Below are positions 49,863 through 63,467 of a stretch of 64,000 bases of DNA, in pieces. The stretch covers positions 131,564,001-131,628,000 of the forward strand of contig OZ024744.1 in the NCBI GenBank assembly GCA_964016885.1. Reading direction: 5' to 3'. The notes under the pieces are model-generated. The model made no database searches. It was not told the origin of the DNA and saw only the letters and a list, made by a program, of their open reading frames with translations. Each line of letters opens with the position of its first letter. Position 1 is the first letter of the stretch. The translations under genes and the position numbers were made by a program. Source of the DNA: Eledone cirrhosa (taxonomy: Eukaryota).

Positions 49863-52684
49863 TTCGGGGTTAAGTTAAGTTGGGGTTAAGTTAAGTTAGG
49901 CTTAACTTAAGTTGGGGTTAAGTTAAGTTGGGGGTAAGTTAAGTTCTGGGTAAGTTAAGTTGGGGTTAAGTTAAGTTGGGGTTAAGTTGGGGTTAATTTA
50001 AGTTAGGGTTAAGTTAAGTTGGGGTTGAGTTAAGTTGGGGTTAAGTTAAGTTGGGGTTAAGTTAAGTTGGGGTCAAGTTAAGTTGGGGTTAAAATTAAGT
50101 TGGGGTTAAGTCAAGTTGGGGTTAAGTTAAGTTGGGGTTAATTTAGTTGGGGTTAAGTTAAGTTGGGGCTAAGTTAAGTTGGGGCTAAGTTAAGTTGGGG
50201 CTAAGTTAAGTTGGGGTTAAGTTAAGTTGGGGTTAAGTTAAGTTGGGGCTAAGTTAAGTTGGGGCTGAGTTAAGTTGGGGCTGAGTTAAGTTGGGGTTAA
50301 GTTAAGTTGGGGTTGACTTAAGTTGGGGTTAAGTTAAGTTGGGGTTGAGTTAAGTTGGGGTTAAGTTAAGTTGGGGTTCAGTTAAGTTGGGGTTAAGTTA
50401 AGTTGGGGTTAAGATGGGGTTAAATTAAGTTGGGGTTAAGTTAAGTTGGGGTTAAGTTTAGTTGGGGTTAAGTTAAGTTGGGGTTAAGTTAAGTCGGGGT
50501 TAAGTTAAGTCGGGGTTAAGTTAAGTTAGGGTTAAGTTAAGTTGGAGTTAAGTTAAGTTGGGGTTGAGTTAAGTTGGGGTTGAGTTAAATTGGGGTTAAG
50601 TTAAGTTGGGGCTAAGTTAAGTTGGGGTTAAGTTAAGTTGGGGTTAAGTTAAGTTGCAGTTAAGTTAAGTTGAGGTTAAGTTAAGTTGGGGTTAAGTTAA
50701 GTTGGGGTTAAGTTAAGTTGGGGCTAAGTTAAGTTGGGGCTAAGTTAAGTTGGGGCTAAGTTAAGTTGGGGTTCAGTTAAGTTAGGGTTTAAGTTAAGTT
50801 TGGGTTAAGTTGGGGTTAAATTAAGTTGGGGTTAATTTAAGTTGGGGTTTAGTTAAGTTGGAGTTAAGTTAAGTTGGGGTTAATTTAAGTTGGGGTTAAG
50901 TTAAGTTGGTGTTAAGTTAAGTGGTGGTTATGTTAAGTTGGGGTTAAGTTAAGTTGGGGTTAATTTAATTTGGGGTTAAGTTAACTTTGTGGTTAAGTTA
51001 AGTTGGGGTTAAGTTAAGTTGGGGTTGAGTTAAGTTGGGGTTGAGTGAAGTTGGGGTTAAGTTAAGTTGGGGTTAATTTAAGTTGGGGTTAAGTTAAGTC
51101 GGGGTTAAGTTAAGTTGGGGTTGAGTTAGGTTGGGGATAATTTAAGTTGGGGCTAAGTTAATTTGTGGTTAAGTTAAGTTGGGGTTAAGTTAAGTTGGGG
51201 TTAAGTTAAGTTGGGGTTGAGTTAAGGTGGGGTTGAGTTAATTTAGGGTTAAGTTAAGTTGGGGTTAAGTTAAGTTGGGTTTAAGTTAAGTTGGGTTTAA
51301 ATTAAGTTGGGGTTAAGTTAAGTTGGGGGTAAGTTAAGTTGGGGGCAAGTTAAGTTGGGGTTCAGTTAAGTTGGGTTTAAATTAAGTTGGGGTTAAGTTT
51401 AGTTGGTGTTAAGTTAAGTTGGGGTTTATTTAAGTTGGGGTTAATTAAGTTGGGGTTAAGTTAAGTTGGGGTTAAGTTAAGTTGGGGTTTAGTTAAGTTG
51501 GGGTTCAGTTAAGTTGGGGTTAAGTTAAGTTTGGGTTAAGTTGGGGTTAAATTAATTTGGGGTTAAGTTAAGTTGGGGTTTAGTTTAGTTGGGGTTAAGT
51601 TAACTTGGGGTTAATTTAAGTTGCGGGTAATTTAAGTTGGGGTTAAGTTAAGTTGGGGTTAAGTTAAGTTGGGGTTAAGTTAAGTTGGGGTTAAGTTAAG
51701 TTGGGGGTAAGTTAAGTTGGGGGTAAGTTAAGTTGGGGTTAAGTTAAGTTGGGTTTAAGTTAAGTTAGGGTTAAGTTAAGTTGGGGTTAAGTTAAGTTGG
51801 GGTTAAGTTAAGTTGGGGTTGAGTTAAGTTGGGGTTAAGTTAAGTTGGGGTTATGTTAAGTTGGGGTTAAGTTAAGTTGCGGTTAAGTTAAGTTGGGGTT
51901 AAGTTGGGGTTAAGTTAAGTGGTGGTTATGTTAAGTTGGGGTTAAGTTAAGTTGGGGTTAATTTAAATTGGGGTTAAGTTAACTTTGTGGTTAAGTTAAG
52001 TTGGGGCTAAATTAAGTTGGGGCCAAGTTAAGTTGGGGCTAAGTTAAGTTGGGGTTCAGTTAAGTTGGGGTTAAGTTAAGTTTGGGTTAAGTTGGGGTTA
52101 AATTAAGTTGGGGTTAAGTTAAGTTGGGGTTTAGTTAAGTTGGGGTTAAGTTAAGTTGGGGTTAATTTAAGTTGGGGTTAAGTTAAGTGGTGGTTATGTT
52201 AAGTTGGGGTTAAGTTAAGTTGGGGTTAATTTAAATTGGGGTTAAGTTAACTTTGTGGTTAAGTTAAGTTGGGGTTAAGTTAATTTGGGGTTAAGTTAAG
52301 TTGGGGTTCAGTTAAGTTGCGGTTAAGTTAAGTTGCGGTTAAGTTAAGTTGGGGTTAAGTTAAGTTGGGGTTAAGTTAAGTTGGGGTCAAGTTAAGCTGG
52401 GGTTAAGTTAAGTTGCGGTTAAGTTAAGTTGGTTAGTTAAGTTGAGTTTAAGTTAAGTTGGGGTTAATTTAAGTTGGGTTTAAGTTAAGTTGGGGTTAAG
52501 TTAAGTTGGGGTTAAGTTAAGTTGGGGTTAAGTTAATTTGGGGTTCAGTTAAGTTGGGGTTAAGTCAAGTTGGGGTTAAGTTGGGGTTAAATTAATTTGG
52601 GGTTAAGTTAAGTTGGGGTTAAGTTAAGTTGGGGTTAAGTTAAGTTGGGGTTAAGTTAATTTGTGGTTAAGTTAAGTTGGGGTT

Positions 52685-53061
52685 AACCCCAACTTCACTC
52701 AACCCCACCTTAACTCAACCCCAACTTAACTTAACCCCAACTTCACTCAACCCCAACTTAACTTAACGCCAACTTCACTCAACCCCAACTTAACTCAACC
52801 CCAACTTAACTTAACCCCAACTTAACTTAACCCTAACTTAACTTAACCCCGACTTAACTTAACTTCGACTTAACTTAACCCCAACTTAACTTAACCCCAA
52901 CTTAACTTAACCCCAACTTAACTTAACCACAAATTAACTTAACCCCAACTTAAATTAACCCCAACTTAAATTAACCCCAACTTAACTTAACCCCAACTTA
53001 ACTCACACCCAACTTAACTTACCCCCAACTTAACTTAACCCCAACTTAACTTAACCCCAAA
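52685..53061 (-). repeat. Inverted satellite island 16 (377 bp, type A, three monomers shorter)
   Basis: AACGCCAAC marker; standard junctions. Confidence 0.96.
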
Positions 53062-56000
53062 TTCGGGGTTAAGTTAAGTTGGGGTTAAGTTAAGTTAGGC
53101 TTAACTTAAGTTGGGGTTAAGTTAAGTTGGGGGTAAGTTAAGTTCTGGGTAAGTTAAGTTGGGGTTAAGTTAAGTTGGGGTTAAGTTGGGGTTAATTTAA
53201 GTTAGGGTTAAGTTAAGTTGGGGTTGAGTTAAGTTGGGGTTAAGTTAAGTTGGGGTTAAGTTAAGTTGGGGTCAAGTTAAGTTGGGGTTAAAATTAAGTT
53301 GGGGTTAAGTCAAGTTGGGGTTAAGTTAAGTTGGGGTTAATTTAGTTGGGGTTAAGTTAAGTTGGGGCTAAGTTAAGTTGGGGCTAAGTTAAGTTGGGGC
53401 TAAGTTAAGTTGGGGTTAAGTTAAGTTGGGGTTAAGTTAAGTTGGGGTTAATTTAAATTGGGGTTAAGTTAACTTTGTGGTTAAGTTAAGTTGGGGTTAA
53501 GTTAAGTTGGGGCTAAGTTAAGTTGGGGTTAAGTTAAGTTGGGGTTAAGTTAAGTTGGGGTTGAGTTAAGTTGGGGTTGAGTGAAGTTGGGGTTAAGTTA
53601 AGTTGGGGTTAAGTTAAGTTGGCGTTAAGTTAAGTTGGGGTTGAGTTAAGTTGGGGTTGAGTTAATTTAGGGTTAAGTTAAGTTGGGGTTAAGTTAAGTT
53701 GGGTTTAAGTTAAGTTGGGGTTAAATTAAGTTGGGGTTAAATTAAGTTGGGGTTAAGTTAAGTTGGGGGTAAGTTAAGTTGGGGGTAAGTTAAGTTGGGG
53801 TTCAGTTAAGTTGGGGTTAAGTTAAGTTTGGGTTAAGTTGGGGTTAAATTAAGTTGGGGTTAAGTTAAGTTGGGGTTTAGTTAAGTTGGAGTTAAGTTAA
53901 GTTGGGGTTAATTTAAGTTGGGGTTAAGTTAAGTTGGTGTTAAGTTAAGTGGTGGTTATGTTAAGTTGGGGTTAAGTTAAGTTGGGGTTAATTTAAATTG
54001 GGGTTAAGTTAACTTTGTGGTTAAGTTAAGTTGGGGTTAAGTTAAGTTGGGGTTAAGTTAAGTTGGGGTTGAGTTAAGTTGGGGTTGAGTTAATTTAGGG
54101 TTAAGTTAAGTTGGGCTTAAGTTAAGTTGGGTTTAAGTTAAGTTGGGGTTAAATTAAGTTGGGGTTAAGTTAAGTTGGGGGTAAGTTAAGTTGGGGGCAA
54201 GTTAAGTTGGGGTTAAGTTAAGTTGGGGTTAAATTAAGTTGGGGTTAAGTTTAGTTGGTGTTAAGTTAAGTTGGGGTTTATTTAAGTTGGGGTTAATTAA
54301 GTTGGGGTTAAGTTAAGTTGGGGTTAAGTTAAGTTGGGGTTAATTTAAGTTGGGGTTGAGTTAAGTTGGGGTTAAGTTAAGTTGGGTTTATATTAAGTTG
54401 GGGTTAAGTTAAGTTGGGGTTAAGTTAAGTTGGGGTTCAGTTAAGTTGCGGTTAAGTTAAGTTGGGGTTAAGTTAAGTTGGGGTTAAGTTAAGTTGGGGT
54501 TAAGTTAAGTTGGGGTTAAGTTAAGTTGGTGTTAAGTTAAGTTGGGGCTGAGTTAAGTTGGGGTTAAGTTAAGTTGGGGTTGAGTTAAGTTGGGGTTAAG
54601 TTAAGTTGGGGTTAAGTTAAGTTGGGGTTAAGTTAAGTTGGGGTTAAGTTAAGTTGGGGTTTAGTTAAGTTGGGGTTCAGTTAAGTTGGGGTTAAGTTAA
54701 GTTTGGGTTAAGTTGGGGTTAAATTAATTTGGGGTTAAGTTAAGTTGCGGTTTAGTTTAGTTGGGGTTAAGTTAAGTTGGGGTTAATTTAAGTTGGGGTT
54801 AAGTTAAGTTGCGGGTAATTTAAGTTGGGGTTAAGTTAAGTTGGGGTTAAGTTAAGATGGGGTTAAGTTAAGTTGGGGTTAAGTTAAGTTGGGGTTAAGT
54901 TAAATTGGGGGTAAGTTAAGTTGGGGGTAAGTTAAGTTGGGGGTAAGTTAAGTTGGGGTTAAGTTAAGTTGCGGTTAAGTTAAGTTGGGGTTAAGTTAAG
55001 TTGGGGTTAAGTTAAATTGGGGTTAAGTAAAGTTGGGGTTGAGTTAAGTTGGGGTTAAGTTAAGTTGGGGTTATGTTAAGTTGGGGTTAAGTTAAGTTGC
55101 GGTTAAGTTAAGTTGGGGTTAAGTTGGGGTTAAGTTAAGTGGTGGTTATGTTAAGTTGGGGTTAAGTTAAGTTGGGGTTAATTTAAATTGGGGTTAAGTT
55201 AACTTTGTGGTTAAGTTAAGTTGGGGCTAAATTAAGTTGGGGCTAAGTTAAGTTGGGTCTAAGTTAAGTTGGGGTTCAGTTAAGTTTGGGTTAAGTTAAG
55301 TTTGGGTTAAGTTGGGGCTAAATTAAGTTGGGGTTAAGTTAACTTGGGGTTTAGTTAAGTTGGGGTTAAGTTAAGTTGGGGTTAATTTAAGTTGGGGTTA
55401 AGTTAAGTTGGGGTTAAGTTAAGTGGTGGTTATGTTAAGTTGGGGTTAAGTTAAGTTGGGGTTAATTTAAATTGGGGTTAAGTTAACTTTGTGGTTAAGT
55501 TAAGTTGGGGTTAAGTTAAGTTGGGGTTAAGTTAAGTTGGGGTTCAGTTAAGTTGCGGTTAAGTTAAGTTGGGGTTAAGTTAAGTTGGGGTCAAGTTAAG
55601 CTGGGGTTAAGTTAAGTTGGGGTTAAGTTAAGTTGGTTAGTTAAGTTGAGTTTAAGTTAAGTTGGGGTTAATTTAAGTTGGGTTTAAGTTAAGTTGGGGT
55701 TAAGTTAAGTTGGGGTTAAGTTAAGTTGGGGTTCAGTTAAGTTGGGGTTAAGTTAAGTTGGGGTTAAGATGGGGTTAAATTAAGTTGGGGTTAAGTTAAG
55801 TTGGGGTTAAGTTAAGTTGGGGTTAAGTTAAGTCGGGGTTAAGTTAAGTCGGGGTTAAGTTAAGTTAGGGTTAAGTTAAGTTTGAGTTAAGTTAAGTTGG
55901 GGTTGAGTTAAGTTGGGGTTGAGTTAAATTGGGGTGGAGTTAAGTTGGGGTTGAGTTAAGTTGGTGTTGAGTTAAGTTGGGGTTAAGTTAAGTTGGGGTT

Positions 56001-57879
56001 AAGTTAAGTTGCAGTTAAGTTAAGTTGAGGTTAAGTTAAGTAGGGGTTAAGTTAAGTTGGGGTTAAGTTAAGTTGGGGCTAAGTTAAGTTGGGGCTAAGT
56101 TAAGTTGGGGCTAAGTTAAGTTGGGGTTCAGTTAAGTTGGGGTTAAGTTAAGTTTGGGTTAAGTTGGGGTTAAATTAAGTTGGCGTTAAGTTAAGTTGGG
56201 GTTTAGTTAAGTTGGGGTTAAGTTAAGTTGGGGTTAATTTAAGTTGGGGTTAAGTTAAGTTGGTGTTAAGTTAAGTGGTGGTTATGTTAAGTTGGGGTTA
56301 AGTTAAGTTGGGGTTAATTTAAATTGGGGTTAAGTTAACTTTGTGGTTAAGTTAAGTTGGGGTTAAGTTAAGTTGGGGTTAAGTTAAGTTGGGGTTTAGT
56401 TAAGTTGGGGTTGAGTGAAGTTGGGGTTAAGTTAAGTTGGGGTTAATTTATGTTGGGGTTAAGTTAAGTCGGGGTTAAGTTAAGTTGGGGTTGAGTTAAG
56501 TTGGGGTTAATTTAAGTTGGGGCTAAGTTAATTTGTGGTTAAGTTAAGTTGGGGTTAAGTTAAGTTGGGGTTAAGTTAAGTTGGGGTTGAGTTAAGTTGG
56601 GGTTGAGTTAATTTAGGGTTAAGTTAAGTTGGGGTTAAGTTAAGTTGGGTTTAAGTTAAGTTGGGGTTAAATTAAGTTGGGGTTAAGTTAAGTTGGGGGT
56701 AAGTTAAGTTGGGGGCAAGTTAAGTTGGGGTTAAGTTAAGTTGGGGTTAAATTAAGTTGGGGTTAAGTTTACTTGGTGTTAAGTTAAGTTGGGGTTTATT
56801 TAAGTTGGGGTCAACTTAAATTGGGGTTAAGTTAAATTGGGGGTAAGTTAAGTTGGGGTTACGTTAAGTTGGGGTTAAGTTAAGTTGGGGTTAAGCTAAG
56901 TTGGGGTCAAGTTAAGTTGGGGTTTAAATTAAGTTGGGGTTAAGTCAAGTTGGGGTTAAGTTAAGTTGGGGTTAATTTAGTTGGGGTTAAGTTAAGTTGG
57001 GGCTAAGTTAAGTTGGGGCTAAGTTAAGTTGGGGCTAAGTTAAGTTGGGGTTAAGTTAAGTTGGGGTTAAGTTAAGGTGGGGTTAATTTAAGTTGGGTTA
57101 ACTTAAATTGGGGTTAAGTTAAGTTGGGGTTAAGTTAAGTTGGGGTTAAGTTCAGTTGGGGTTAAGTTAAGTTGGTGTTAAGTTAAGTTGGGGCTAAGTT
57201 AAGTTGGGGCTGAGTTAAGTTGGGGCTGAGTTAAGTTGGGGTTAAGTTAAGTTGGGGTTGAGTTAAGTTGCGGTTAAGTTAAGTTGGCGTTAAGTTAAGT
57301 TGGGGTTAAGTTAAGTTGGGGTTAAGTTAAGTTGGGGTTGAGTTAAGTTGGGGTTAAGTTAAGTTGGGGTTCAGTTAAGTTGGGGTTAAGTTAAGTTGGG
57401 GTTAAGATGGGGTTAAATTAAGTTGGGGTTAAGTTAAGTTGGGGTTAAGTTTAGTTGGGGTTGAGTTAAGTTGGGGTTAAGTTAAGTCGGGGTTACGTTA
57501 AGTCGGGGTTAAGTTAAGTTAGGGTTAAGTTATTAAGTTGGAGTTAAGTTAAGTTGGGGTTGAGTTAAGTTGGGGTTGAGTTAAATTGGGGTTAAGTTAA
57601 GTTGGGGCTAAGTTAAGTTGGGGTTAAGTTAAGTTGGGGTTAAGTTAAGTTGCAGTTAAGTTAAGTTGAGGTTAAGTTAAGTTGGGGTTAAGTTAAGTTG
57701 GGGTTAAGTTAAGTTGGGGCTAAGTTAAGTTGGGGCTAAGTTAAGTTGGGGCTAAGTTAAGTTGGGGTTCAGTTAAGTTGGGTTTAAGTTAAGTTTGGGT
57801 TAAGTTGGGGTTAAATTAAGTTGGGGTTAAGTTAAGTTGGGGTTTAGTTAAGTTGGAGTTAAGTTAAGTTGGGGTTAAT

Positions 57880-60800
57880 TTAAGTTGGGGTTAAGTTAAG
57901 TTGGTGTTAAGTTAAGTGGTGGTTATGTTAAGTTGGGGTTAAGTTAAGTTGGGGTTAATTTAAATTGGGGTTAAGTTAACTTTGTGGTTAAGTTAAGTTG
58001 GGGTTAAGTTAAGTTGGGGTTGAGTTAAGTTGGGGTTGAGTGAAGTTGGGGTTAAGTTAAGTTGGGGTTAATTTAAGTTGGGGTTAAGTTAAGTCGGGGT
58101 TAAGTTAAGTTGGGGTTGAGTTAGGTTGGGGTTAATTTAAGTTGGGGCTAAGTTAATTTGTGGTTAAGTTAAGTTGGGGTTAAGTTGGGGTTAAGTTAAG
58201 TTGGGGTTGAGTTAAGGTGGGGTTGAGTTAATTTAGGGTTAAGTTAAGTTGGGGTTAAGTTAAGTTGGGTTTAAGTTAAGTTGGGGCTAAGTTAAGTTGG
58301 GGTTAAGTTAAGTTGGGGTTAAGTTAAGTTGGGGTTAAGTTAAGTTGGGGTTAATTTAAATTGGGGTTAAGTTAACTTTGTGGTTAAGTTAAGTTGGGGT
58401 TAAGTTAAGTTGGGGTAAGTTAAGTTGGGGTTAAGTTAAGTTGGGGTTAAGTTAAGTTGGGGTTGAGTTAAGTTGGGGTTGAGTGAAGTTGGGGTTAAGT
58501 TAAGTTGGGGTTAAGTTAAGTTGGCGTTAAGTTAAGTTGGGGTTGAGTTAAGTTGGGGTTGAGTTAATTTAGGGTTAAGTTAAGTTGGGGTTAAGTTAAG
58601 TTGGGTTTAATTTAAGTTGGGGTTAAATTAAGTTGGGGTTAAATTAAGTTGGGGTTAAGTTAAGTTGGGGGTAAGTTAAGTTGGGGTTAAGTTAAGTTGG
58701 GGTTCAGTTAAGTTGGGGTTAAGTTAAGTTTGGGTTAAGTTGGGGTTAAATTAAGTTGGGGTTAAGTTAAGTTGGGGTTTAGTTAAGTTGAAGTTAAGTT
58801 AAGTTGGGGTTAATTTAAGTTGGGGTTAAGTTAAGTTGGTGTTAAGTTAAGTGGTGGTTATGTTAAGTTGGGGTTAAGTTAAGTTGGGGTTAATTTAAAT
58901 TGGGGTTAAGTTAACTTTGTGGTTAAGTTAAGTTGGGGTTAAGTTAAGTTGGGGTTAAGTTAAGTTGGGGTTAAGTTAAGTTGGGGTTGAGTTAAGTTGG
59001 GGTTGAGTTAATTTAGGGTTAAGTTAAGTTGGGCTTAAGTTAAGTTGGGTTTAAGTTAAGTTGGGGTTAAATTAAGTTGGGGTTAAGTTAAGTTGGGGGT
59101 AAGTTAAGTTGGGGGCAAGTTAAGTTGGGGTTAAGTTAAGTTGGGGTTAAATTAAGTTGGGGTTAAGTTTAGTTGGTGTTAAGTTAAGTTGGGGTTTATT
59201 TAAGTTGGGGTTAATTAAGTTGGGGTTAAGTTAAGTTGGGGTTAAGTTAAGTTGGGGTTAATTTAAGTTGGGGTTGAGTTAAGTTGGGGTTAAGTTAAGT
59301 TGGGTTTATATTAAGTTGGGGTTAAGTTAAGTTGGGGTTAAGTTAAGTTGGGGTTCAGTTAAGTTGCGGTTAAGTTAAGTTGGGGTTAAGTTAAGTTGGG
59401 GTTAAGTTAAGTTGGGGTTAAGTTAAGTTGGTGTTAAGTTAAGTTGGGGCTGAGTTAAGTTGGGGCTGAGTTAAGTTGGGGTTAAGTTAAGTTGGGGTTG
59501 AGTTAAGTTGGGGTTAAGTTAAGTTGGGGTTAAGTTAAGTTGGGGTTAAGTTAAGTTGGGTTTAAGTTAAGTTGGGGTTTAGTTAAGTTGGGGTTCAGTT
59601 AAGTTGGGGTTAAGTTAAGTTTGGGTTAAGTTGGGGTTAAATTAATTTGGGGTTAAGTTAAGTTGGGGTTTAGTTTAGTTGGGGTTAAGTTAAGTTGGGG
59701 TTAATTTAAGTTGGGGTTAAGTTAAGTTGCGGGTAATTTAAGTTGGGATTAAGTTAAGTTGGGGTTAAGTTAAGATGGGGTTAAGTTAAGTTGGGGTTAA
59801 GTTAAGTTGGGGTTAAGTTAAATTGGGGGTAAGTTAAGTTGGGGGTAAGTTAAGTTGGGGGCAAGTTAAGTTGGGGTTCAGTTAAGTTGGGGTTAAATTA
59901 AGTTGGGGTTAAGTTTAGTTGGTGTTAAGTTAAGTTGGGGTTTATTTAAGTTGGGGTTAATTAAGTTGGGGTTAAGTTAAGTTGGGGTTAAGTTAAGTTG
60001 GGGTTTAGTTAAGTTGGGGTTCAGTTAAGTTGGGGTTAAGTTAAGTTTGGGTTAAGTTGGGGTTAAATTAATTTGGGGTTAAGTTAAGTTGGGGTTAAGT
60101 TAAGTTGGTGTTAAGTTAAGTGGTGGTTATGTTAAGTTGGGGTTAAGTTAAGTTGGGGTTAATTTAAATTGGGGTTAAGTTAACTTTGTGGTTAAGTTAA
60201 GTTGGGGTTAAGTTAAGTTGGGGTTGAGTTAAGTTGGGGTTGAGTGAAGTTGGGGTTAAGTTAAGTTGGGGTTAATTTAAGTTGGGGTTAAGTTAAGTCG
60301 GGGTTAAGTTAAGTTGGGGTTGAGTTAGGTTGGGGTTAATTTAAGTTGGGGCTAAGTTAATTTGTGGTTAAGTTAAGTTGGGGTTAAGTTGGGGTTAAGT
60401 TAAGTTGGGGTTGAGTTAAGGTGGGGTTGAGTTAATTTAGGGTTAAGTTAAGTTGGGGTTAAGTTAAGTTGGGTTTAAGTTAAGTTGGGGCTAAGTTAAG
60501 TTGGGGTTAAGTTAAGTTGGGGTTAAGTTAAGTTGGGGTTAAGTTAAGTTGGGGTTAATTTAAATTGGGGTTAAGTTAACTTTGTGGTTAAGTTAAGTTG
60601 GGGTTAAGTTAAGTTGGGGTAAGTTAAGTTGGGGTTAAGTTAAGTTGGGGTTAAGTTAAGTTGGGGTTGAGTTAAGTTGGGGTTGAGTGAAGTTGGGGTT
60701 AAGTTAAGTTGGGGTTAAGTTAAGTTGGCGTTAAGTTAAGTTGGGGTTGAGTTAAGTTGGGGTTAAGTTAATTTAGGGTTAAGTTAAGTTGGGGTTAAGT

Positions 60801-62290
60801 TAAGTTGGGTTTAAGTTAAGTTGGGGTTAAATTAAGTTGCGGTTAAATTAAGTTGGGGTTAAGTTAAGTTGGGGGTAAGTTAAGTTGGGGTTAAGTTAAG
60901 TTGGGGTTCAGTTAAGTTGGGGTTAAGTTAAGTTTGGGTTAAGTTGGGGTTAAATTAAGTTGGGGTTAAGTTAAGTTGGGGTTTAGTTAAGTTGGAGTTA
61001 AGTTAAGTTGGGGTTAATTTAAGTTGGGGTTAAGTTAAGTTGGTGTTAAGTTAAGTGGTGGTTATGTTAAGTTGGGGTTAAGTTAAGTTGGGGTTAATTT
61101 AAATTGGGGTTAAGTTAACTTTGTGGTTAAGTTAAGTTGGGGTTAAGTTAAGTTGGGGTTAAGTTAAGTTGGGGTTAAGTTAAGTTGGGGTTGAGTTAAG
61201 TTGGGGTTGAGTTAATTTAGGGTTAAGTTAAGTTGGGCTTAAGTTAAGTTGGGTTTAAGTTAAGTTGGGGTTAAATTAAGTTGGGGTTAAGTTAAGTTGG
61301 GGGTAAGTTAAGTTGGGGGCAAGTTAAGTTGGGGTTAAGTTAAGTTGGGGTTAAATTAAGTTGGGGTTAAGTTTAGTTGGTGTTAAGTTAAGTTGGGGTT
61401 TATTTAAGTTGGGGTTAATTAAGTTGGGGTTAAGTTAAGTTGGGGTTAAGTTAAGTTGGGGTTAATTTAAGTTGGGGTTGAGTTAAGTTGGGGTTAAGTT
61501 AAGTTGGGTTTATATTAAGTTGGGGTTAAGTTAAGTTGGGGTTAAGTTAAGTTGGGGTTCAGTTAAGTTGCGGTTAAGTTAAGTTGGGGTTAAGTTAAGT
61601 TGGGGTTAAGTTAAGTTGGGGTTAAGTTAAGTTGGTGTTAAGTTAAGTTGGGGCTGAGTTAAGTTGGGGCTGAGTTAAGTTGGGGTTAAGTTAAGTTGGG
61701 GTTGAGTTAAGTTGGGGTTAAGTTAAGTTGGGGTTAAGTTAAGTTGGGGTTAAGTTAAGTTGGGTTTAAGTTAAGTTGGGGTTTAGTTAAGTTGGGGTTC
61801 AGTTAAGTTGGGGTTAAGTTAAGTTTGGGTTAAGTTGGGGTTAAATTAATTTGGGGTTAAGTTAAGTTGGGGTTTAGTTTAGTTGGGGTTAAGTTAAGTT
61901 GGGGTTAATTTAAGTTGGGGTTAAGTTAAGTTGCGGGTAATTTAAGTTGGGATTAAGTTAAGTTGGGGTTAAGTTAAGATGGGGTTAAGTTAAGTTGGGG
62001 TTAAGTTAAGTTGGGGTTAAGTTAAATTGGGGGTAAGTTAAGTTGGGGGTAAGTTAAGTTGGGGGCAAGTTAAGTTGGGGTTCAGTTAAGTTGGGGTTAA
62101 ATTAAGTTGGGGTTAAGTTTAGTTGGTGTTAAGTTAAGTTGGGGTTTATTTAAGTTGGGGTTAATTAAGTTGGGGTTAAGTTAAGTTGGGGTTAAGTTAA
62201 GTTGGGGTTTAGTTAAGTTGGGGTTCAGTTAAGTTGGGGTTAAGTTAAGTTTGGGTTAAGTTGGGGTTAAATTAATTTGGGGTTAAGTTA
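57880..62290 (+). repeat. Higher-order tandem duplication, period 2204 bp (2 copies), without inverted island
   Basis: Marker offsets TTAGGTT 58123/60327 and GGGGGCAAG 59116/61320 are both 2204. Boundaries are approximate. Confidence 0.85.
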
Positions 62291-63467
62291 AGTTGGGGTT
62301 TAGTTTAGTTGGGGTTAAGTTAAGTTGGGGTTAATTTAAGTTGGGGTTAATTTAAGTTGCGGGTAATTTAAGTTGGGGTTAAGTTAAGTTGGGGTTAAGT
62401 TAGTTGGGGTTAAGTTAAGTTGGGGTTAAGTTAAGTTGGGGTTAAGTTATGTTGGGGGTAAGTTAAGTTGGGGGTAAGTTAAGTTGGGGTTAAGTTAAGT
62501 TGGGGTTAAGTTAAGTTAGGGTTAAGTTAAGTTGGGGTTAAGTTAAGTTGGGGTTAAGTTAAATTGGGGTTAAGTTAAGTTGGGGTTGAGTTAAGTTGGG
62601 GTTAAGTTAAGTTGGGGTTATGTTAAGTTGGGGTTAAGTTAAGTTGCGGTTAAGTTAAGTTGGGGTTAAGTTGGGGTTAAGTTAAGTGGTGGTTATGTTA
62701 AGTTGGGGTTAAGTTAAGTTGGGGTTAATTTAAATTGGGGTTAAGTTAACTTTGTGGTTAAGTTAAGTTGGGGCTAAATTAAGTTGGGGCCAAGTTAAGT
62801 TGGGGATAAGTTAAGTTGGGGTTCAGTTAAGTTGGGGTTAAGTTAAGTTTGGGTTAAGTTGGGGTTAAATTAAGTTGGGGTTAAGTTAAGTTGGGGTTTA
62901 GTTAAGTTGGGGTTAAGTTAAGTTGGGGTTAATTTAAGTTGGGGTTAAGTTAAGTGGTGGTTATGTTAAGTTGGGGTTAAGTTAAGTTGGGGTTAATTTA
63001 AATTGGGGTTAAGTTAACTTTGTGGTTAAGTTAAGTTGGGGTTAAGTTAAGTTGGGGTTAAGTTAAGTTGGGGTTCAGTTAAGTTGCGGTTAAGTTAAGT
63101 TGCGGTTAAGTTAAGTTGGGGTTAAGTTAAGTTGGGGTTAAGTTAAGTTGGGGTCAAGTTAAGCTGGGGTTAAGTTAAGTTGGGGTTAAGTTAAGTTGGT
63201 TAGTTAAGTTGAGTTTAAGTTAAGCTGGGGTTAATTTAAGTTGGGTTTAAGTTAAGTTGGGGTTAAGTTAAGTTGGGGTTAAGTTAAGTTGGGGTTAAGT
63301 TAATTTGGGGTTCAGTTAAGTTGGGGTTAAGTCAAGTTGGGGTTAAGTTGGGGTTAAATTAATTTGGGGTTAAGTTAAGTTGGGGTTAAGTTAAGTTGGG
63401 GTTAAGTTAAGTTGGGGTTAAGTTAAGTTGGGGTTAAGTTAATTTGTGGTTAAGTTAAGTTGGGGTT

